Of a stretch of DNA of 32,000 nt, positions 28,005 through 32,000 are shown in pieces. The stretch is from Candidatus Heimdallarchaeota archaeon (GTDB taxonomy: Archaea > Asgardarchaeota > Heimdallarchaeia > Heimdallarchaeales > Kariarchaeaceae), in the NCBI GenBank assembly GCA_030149205.1, contig JASBSB010000001.1, forward strand, positions 360,001 through 392,000, written 5' to 3'. Below the pieces are notes generated by a model. It did not search any database. It saw nothing but the letters and a program-made list of their open reading frames with translations, and had not been told where the DNA came from. A program made the translations under genes and the position numbers. The stretch's first letter is position 1. Each line of letters begins with the position of its first letter.

Positions 28005-28373
28005 TCAATACGGAAACAAGACAGCAATTAACAATAAAATTAAGCTAATTCCTACTCTCACCAAGAAATCTCTTCGTAATTTAGCCTTTAATGTACTAGC
28101 ATCTTCGGTAGATGTGTTTTCGTTACTCAGTATTCTTAGATCTCTTCTCATAGAAAAGAGAATGCCTGCAATAAAGACTGGAAAAATCAGCAATGACATA
28201 TTACCAGGAGTTTGTTTTATCTTAAAGCCAATAGTAAGAGCAAACTCTATAAGAAAAACAAAAAGCAGACCGAGAGAGATCTTATCTACCAGCTTAACAG
28301 GTTCTGAGGTCTTTTTATACTCACCCCAAACTTGCGATAACAATTTTCGTGCATTGAATCCTTGTGTTGACAT
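28005..28373 (-). CDS. Three-TM small membrane protein resembling oligosaccharyltransferase subunit DAD1/Ost2
   Basis: 122 aa. 'EY...KLVD...EF...PGN...LRI..N...DFL' parallels DAD1 'EY...KLLD...QF...PFN...LRI..N...DFL' recalled from memory. Confidence 0.6.
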   Translation of the reverse strand: MSTQGFNARKLLSQVWGEYKKTSEPVKLVDKISLGLLFVFLIEFALTIGFKIKQTPGNMSLLIFPVFIAGILFSMRRDLRILSNENTSTEDASTLKAKLRRDFLVRVGISLILLLIAVLFPY

Positions 28374-28435
28374 AATTCCTAAGTGGATAAAATCCTTGTG
28401 CTAAATAAGAATTCCTACAAATACATAAAATATGA

Positions 28436-28744
28436 TTAAACTACTCGAAAAACTTCATATCTTTTGGCTCGAGGTCTATTCATTACCGCGACTTTTTTGC
28501 ATGTAGGGCACGTTATACGCAAATCAATTTTTTTACTGGTCTTACTTGCCATCTTTGTCTGGGTTACTGGTTTCTTGGAGTAACGACCAAGGTTTCCATG
28601 GCCTCGTCTCCTGTGTTTCTGCCTTCTGTGACTCCAGTTTAAACCACCAGACCTTCTTCCACCTTTTTCCTGCTTAACCTTTCCCTCTACATGGGTGTTA
28701 CATTTTCTACAATACATTTTGATTTTATCTGGTAATCTTGCCAT
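28436..28744 (-). CDS. rpl44e: 50S ribosomal protein L44e (eL42)
   Basis: 'YCRKCNTH', 'RRRGHGNLGRYSK', 'KTSKKIDLRITCPTCKK'. ATG 28744 is preferred over the track's GTG 28753. Confidence 0.95.
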   Translation of the reverse strand: MARLPDKIKMYCRKCNTHVEGKVKQEKGGRRSGGLNWSHRRQKHRRRGHGNLGRYSKKPVTQTKMASKTSKKIDLRITCPTCKKVAVMNRPRAKRYEVFRVV

Positions 28745-28822
28745 AAATACCACTTAGATTATAACAAATTTAAAGAAAGGATTTAATTAAAAGTGTCGAT
28801 ACGTTCACCCAGGAAAATTGGA

Positions 28823-29776
28823 TTAGTTTTTTCTTTTTGAAGTGATGAAATTTGCACCCATTAGCCCCAGTATAACACCAACAATGCTTATAACTGCAAT
28901 TATTGCGGAGTTTTCTAGGGTTAGTGGTATACCAGTGAGTGTAGTTGTTGGAGATGAAGGGACTACTGCAGGGATGGTAATGCTAATATTTTGTTCAACT
29001 GAAAGAAAATAAAGCCCATTAACAATCGTTCTTATAAGGATGGAATTATTCAAAGTTTTTGTAACATTTGATGTGGGAAGATTTACGGCCTTAAAAGAAA
29101 AAGTTGATTCTCCCTTGGAATCAGTTCTCTGGCTCATGATATTTTTTCCATTACTAAAAATCCCAAAAGAGGTTGTTAATTCTATAGTTCCATTGACCAA
29201 TGGTTGTTTCAGGTAGGTGCTTTTTGTCAAAATGGTCAAAGATTCACCTGCTTTAATTGAAAGCCTGGAAAATTGTGCTATAGTCACTGGTTCTGGAATA
29301 ACCTGAATCACTGTGATAGAGGCTGTTTCTGTTAAGTTAGTATACCCAATTTTGTGGAGATTAATTGAAATGTTTACATTATTATAATATGAATCAAATA
29401 CAACAGTAGAAAAATTTAGATCAGTTAGAAAGATACCTGAACTGTTTGTAAGACCTTGAGTTGAATTTGTACTTGTTGAGGAAAATTCACCCTTTGTAAT
29501 CGTTAGTGAGACAGATACATTAGATAAGCTAACATTTGTTGTTTTATCCTTAACCTTTACAAAAAAAGAAACCGATTCGTTCTGATATAGTTGCTGGAGT
29601 GTAGTGTTATAATTCAATGCAAATAAATTGCTTTGTTTAGTATATACATCGTCTTGGACTCCATTCAGATGTCCTGATGATGGGACAACTAGAGTTGATA
29701 AGCAAAGAGAAACGATTAACAGACTTATGAGGATGAATTTAGAAAAAGGGTACACGATTAAAATAAGACAAAACAC
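28823..29776 (-). CDS. Cell-surface glycoprotein-like protein (signal sequence, Ig-like beta repeats, C-terminal TM anchor)
   Basis: Hydrophobic N-terminus, two 'T(N/D)SxG' Big-like modules, 13 N-x-S/T sequons, Pro/Ser/Thr linker, TM and basic tail 'SKRKN'. Confidence 0.75.
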   Translation of the reverse strand: MFCLILIVYPFSKFILISLLIVSLCLSTLVVPSSGHLNGVQDDVYTKQSNLFALNYNTTLQQLYQNESVSFFVKVKDKTTNVSLSNVSVSLTITKGEFSSTSTNSTQGLTNSSGIFLTDLNFSTVVFDSYYNNVNISINLHKIGYTNLTETASITVIQVIPEPVTIAQFSRLSIKAGESLTILTKSTYLKQPLVNGTIELTTSFGIFSNGKNIMSQRTDSKGESTFSFKAVNLPTSNVTKTLNNSILIRTIVNGLYFLSVEQNISITIPAVVPSSPTTTLTGIPLTLENSAIIAVISIVGVILGLMGANFITSKRKN

Positions 29777-29809
29777 TATAAAAATAATTTGAAATTTTTA
29801 CCTTGTACT

Positions 29810-30196
29810 TCAGTGAGAGTTAATCATTTTCGTCCCCGTTGATTCAAAATATGCGTCTAAATAGGGTCTTGCTGGATGCTTAGCTGAGATTCCAATTTCA
29901 TCCAAAGATTCTTTCATTAATTTAACCCACTGGTCTCGAGCTTCTTTGTTAATTTTGAATGGAAAGTGACGCCTCCGAAGCATAGGATGACCTCTTTTTT
30001 GTTCATATTCTCTAGGACCTCCGAATCTCTGAATCAGAAATAAGGCTTGAAGTTCTTTTCCTTCTTCTAAATCTTCTGGGAACAATGGTCTTAAAACCTG
30101 ATCATTTTCGACCTTTCCATAAAAAACTTCAACAAGTTCGTAAAATTTTCCAGAACCTCCAATAAGGGAATATATCTCTTTATCTGATGCTAGCAT
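29810..30196 (-). CDS. Group II truncated haemoglobin (trHbO / GlbO / YjbI-like)
   Basis: 'YSLIGG', 'FY..V..D..LRPLFP', 'FLIQRFGGP..Y...RGHPMLRRRH', 'ARDQW'; proximal His in 'RRRH'. Confidence 0.93.
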   Translation of the reverse strand: MLASDKEIYSLIGGSGKFYELVEVFYGKVENDQVLRPLFPEDLEEGKELQALFLIQRFGGPREYEQKRGHPMLRRRHFPFKINKEARDQWVKLMKESLDEIGISAKHPARPYLDAYFESTGTKMINSH

Positions 30197-30818
30197 TATA
30201 TATCAAAATTTGATTTATTCTATTTCAATCTTAGGATACCTCTATTTGAGTTACAATTAAACAAGAGCACACAAATTTTTATAAAAGAAATTGAGAAGCT
30301 GGATAAAAAAATTGTAGTTTTAAATAGAAGCAATATTTTTTAACTCTGCTTTCCGAGTATTTTCATCATTTTGAGTCTCTGATTGTTCGATGCACATTGA
30401 GAAAAATCAAAATCAAAGAAACCAACATTGTTCTTACCTTAAATCACAGATAAGTATACGTTCAAACTAAGCTTACGTTTGTTGAATTATTGAAATTATG
30501 TATGGGTATAATGTATATGGGAGACCCACTTTCCGCAGGTATGTTACCCTCTTAGAAATAGAAGTTTGTTTTTTCTGAAAATCTCTAAAAATAACAATAG
30601 AATACAAATTTATTATTTTGGTGGAAAATGATATTACTCATATGAGGAATCCCAAAATTCCAAAGGTGCAAAAACAACAAAGAAATCTAAGTTGAATTTT
30701 AGATTGAGTGAATATTTTTGAGAGTAAGAGAATATTTGAAGAATATCAAAATAGTTTGTTTTTAGGTAAATTGTGTTATTCAATCAAATGATACTTCTAA
30801 ATTTATCTATAATAATCC

Positions 30819-31730
30819 TTATTTTATCAGTGAGAGGGCATTTTCTTTGAAAATCTGTGATATCGACTGGTCAGATAGATTCATCGATTGGAAGATCCTG
30901 TAGAATGAAATTGCATTCTGAAGAATACTGGGGACTCCCGGGGAAGGAAAGTCAGAACCAAAGATACAGCGATCAATAAATCTATCTATTCTAGGGAAAT
31001 ATTCAATAAGTTTTGTTGGCGGTACACCTGATAAATCAAAGTGTATTTTTGGAAACTTTCTCATGAGATATTCAAACTCTTTTGTCCAAAAGGGACGACC
31101 TCCATGTGCCAATACAACTTTAATAGTTGGATAATCTATTAATACATCCTCGATGTCAAGAGGATTGCCATACCTGCTTCTTGCTTTTGGAAAAATACTA
31201 CTTCCGGTATGAAATAATATTGGAGTTTTCGTAGCCTCACATATCTCATAGAGGGATGCTAAACTATTGTTACCCTTTGTATATTCGTTTGGACTTAACA
31301 ACTGATGAGGCCCATGAACTTTTACCATTTTAATCTGTGATGTTTCAAGATAATCTTTGATTAAGCTGCCTGAATTGTTATGATTGAATGGCTCTACTCC
31401 TCCCACTGGAATCAGAAAACCATCAGATTGTTCACAAAAATTGACAGACCAATTATTTATTTCAAAACCGTATCCCATTACCCTTGTCGACTCATAATTA
31501 ATTAAGAAAGCATGTTTTACCCCTTGGTCCTTAAGCAACTCAACTAGTGGATTCGGGTCATTCACATCAAAATTAGATTTATTTTCTTCAAAAAGGAATG
31601 GAAACTCCTTTTGTATCATTTTTAGTACACCTTGATCTAAATGTCCTGGCCCCATCCAATGTAAATGGGCATCAACATAATTTGAGAATAGGGTAAAGCT
31701 TGTTTCCACAAGGGTAATTTCATAAAACAA
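30819..31730 (-). CDS. Amidohydrolase_2 family metal-dependent hydrolase
   Basis: 'DAHLH', 'KVHGPH', 'LFHTG', 'VLAHGG', 'FGSDFP'. TTG start, exact position uncertain. Confidence 0.9.
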   Translation of the reverse strand: MFYEITLVETSFTLFSNYVDAHLHWMGPGHLDQGVLKMIQKEFPFLFEENKSNFDVNDPNPLVELLKDQGVKHAFLINYESTRVMGYGFEINNWSVNFCEQSDGFLIPVGGVEPFNHNNSGSLIKDYLETSQIKMVKVHGPHQLLSPNEYTKGNNSLASLYEICEATKTPILFHTGSSIFPKARSRYGNPLDIEDVLIDYPTIKVVLAHGGRPFWTKEFEYLMRKFPKIHFDLSGVPPTKLIEYFPRIDRFIDRCIFGSDFPSPGVPSILQNAISFYRIFQSMNLSDQSISQIFKENALSLIK

Positions 31731-31830
31731 CTATTAACCTTAGTAAAGAGGAAATTACATCACTGCTTTTTTCTGATTTCAAATTGGTTTGAAGTAAAGC
31801 TTAAAATTAAATTGCAAGTATTTTACCCTA

Positions 31831-32000
31831 ATGATTCCTGGACTTATCTTTGATCTGGATGGAACTACTGTTGTTAATGAAGAGGGGATGCTAAATGCAT
31901 TTAAAAGAACTTTTTCAGATTTAAATATAACTGAGCCTAAAAATGAAGATATTCTAAACTACATGGGGACACCCTTAGAGAATGTATTAGAAAATTTGAA
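31831..32000 (+). CDS. HAD-superfamily hydrolase (phosphoglycolate phosphatase-like), 5' part only, absent from the ORF track
   Basis: Translates to MIPGLIFDLDGTTVVNEEGMLNAF...MGTPLE, with HAD motif I (DxDGT). Runs off the end of the window. Confidence 0.88.
   Translation, partial: MIPGLIFDLDGTTVVNEEGMLNAFKRTFSDLNITEPKNEDILNYMGTPLENVLENL

Noticed and set aside
23634-28404. Track ORFs 23634..23924 (+), 26002..26199 (+), 26680..26868 (+), 27413..27604 (-) and 28114..28404 (+)
   Set aside because: Each overlaps a well-supported gene on the opposite strand or in another frame and has no motifs.
30389-30694. Short ORFs of 17-44 aa on both strands in the long gap
   Set aside because: No convincing SD, no recognisable motif, and expected by chance at this length.
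30201-30793. Possible imperfect terminal inverted repeats (TATCA-AAA-TTTGATT ... AATCAAA-TGATA) bounding the long gap, suggesting a MITE
   Set aside because: Needs a 3-nt gap in very AT-rich sequence, no target-site duplication is seen, and there is no second copy in the window.
1-32000. CRISPR arrays, tRNA/rRNA genes, transposases/integrases, Sec/Pyl read-through
   Set aside because: No regularly spaced repeats, cloverleaf/T-loop contexts or recombinase motifs seen by eye, and no gene appears split at an in-frame TGA/TAG. tRNAscan-SE, Infernal and a CRISPR finder were not run.

Overview
AT-rich, gene-dense archaeal chromosomal window with no rRNA, tRNA, CRISPR array or mobile element that I can recognise. 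The gene content suggests an Asgard archaeon, probably Heimdallarchaeia-like (inference): L44e, a FlaK/PibD-type peptidase, the archaeal COG1340-type coiled coil, thiolase+DUF35, two small GTPases and a long 'IDLSPL'-type LRR protein. Housekeeping anchors are ileS, asnS and rpl44e. Other readable genes: two wHTH regulators, a heterodimeric ABC exporter, a CDP-alcohol phosphatidyltransferase, a MerT-like protein, DUF1499, an AlkA-type glycosylase, a group II truncated globin, an amidohydrolase and a partial HAD hydrolase. The most interesting part is the minus-strand run at about 23.8-29.8 kb. It contains a sequon-rich surface protein, rpl44e, a small protein resembling the eukaryotic oligosaccharyltransferase subunit DAD1/Ost2, a membrane-anchored QW-repeat protein, an A24 peptidase, an AroD-AroE fusion that has lost most catalytic residues, and a small protein resembling eukaryotic DPM2. 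All family calls come from motif recognition and alignment against reference sequences recalled from memory; no database search was run.
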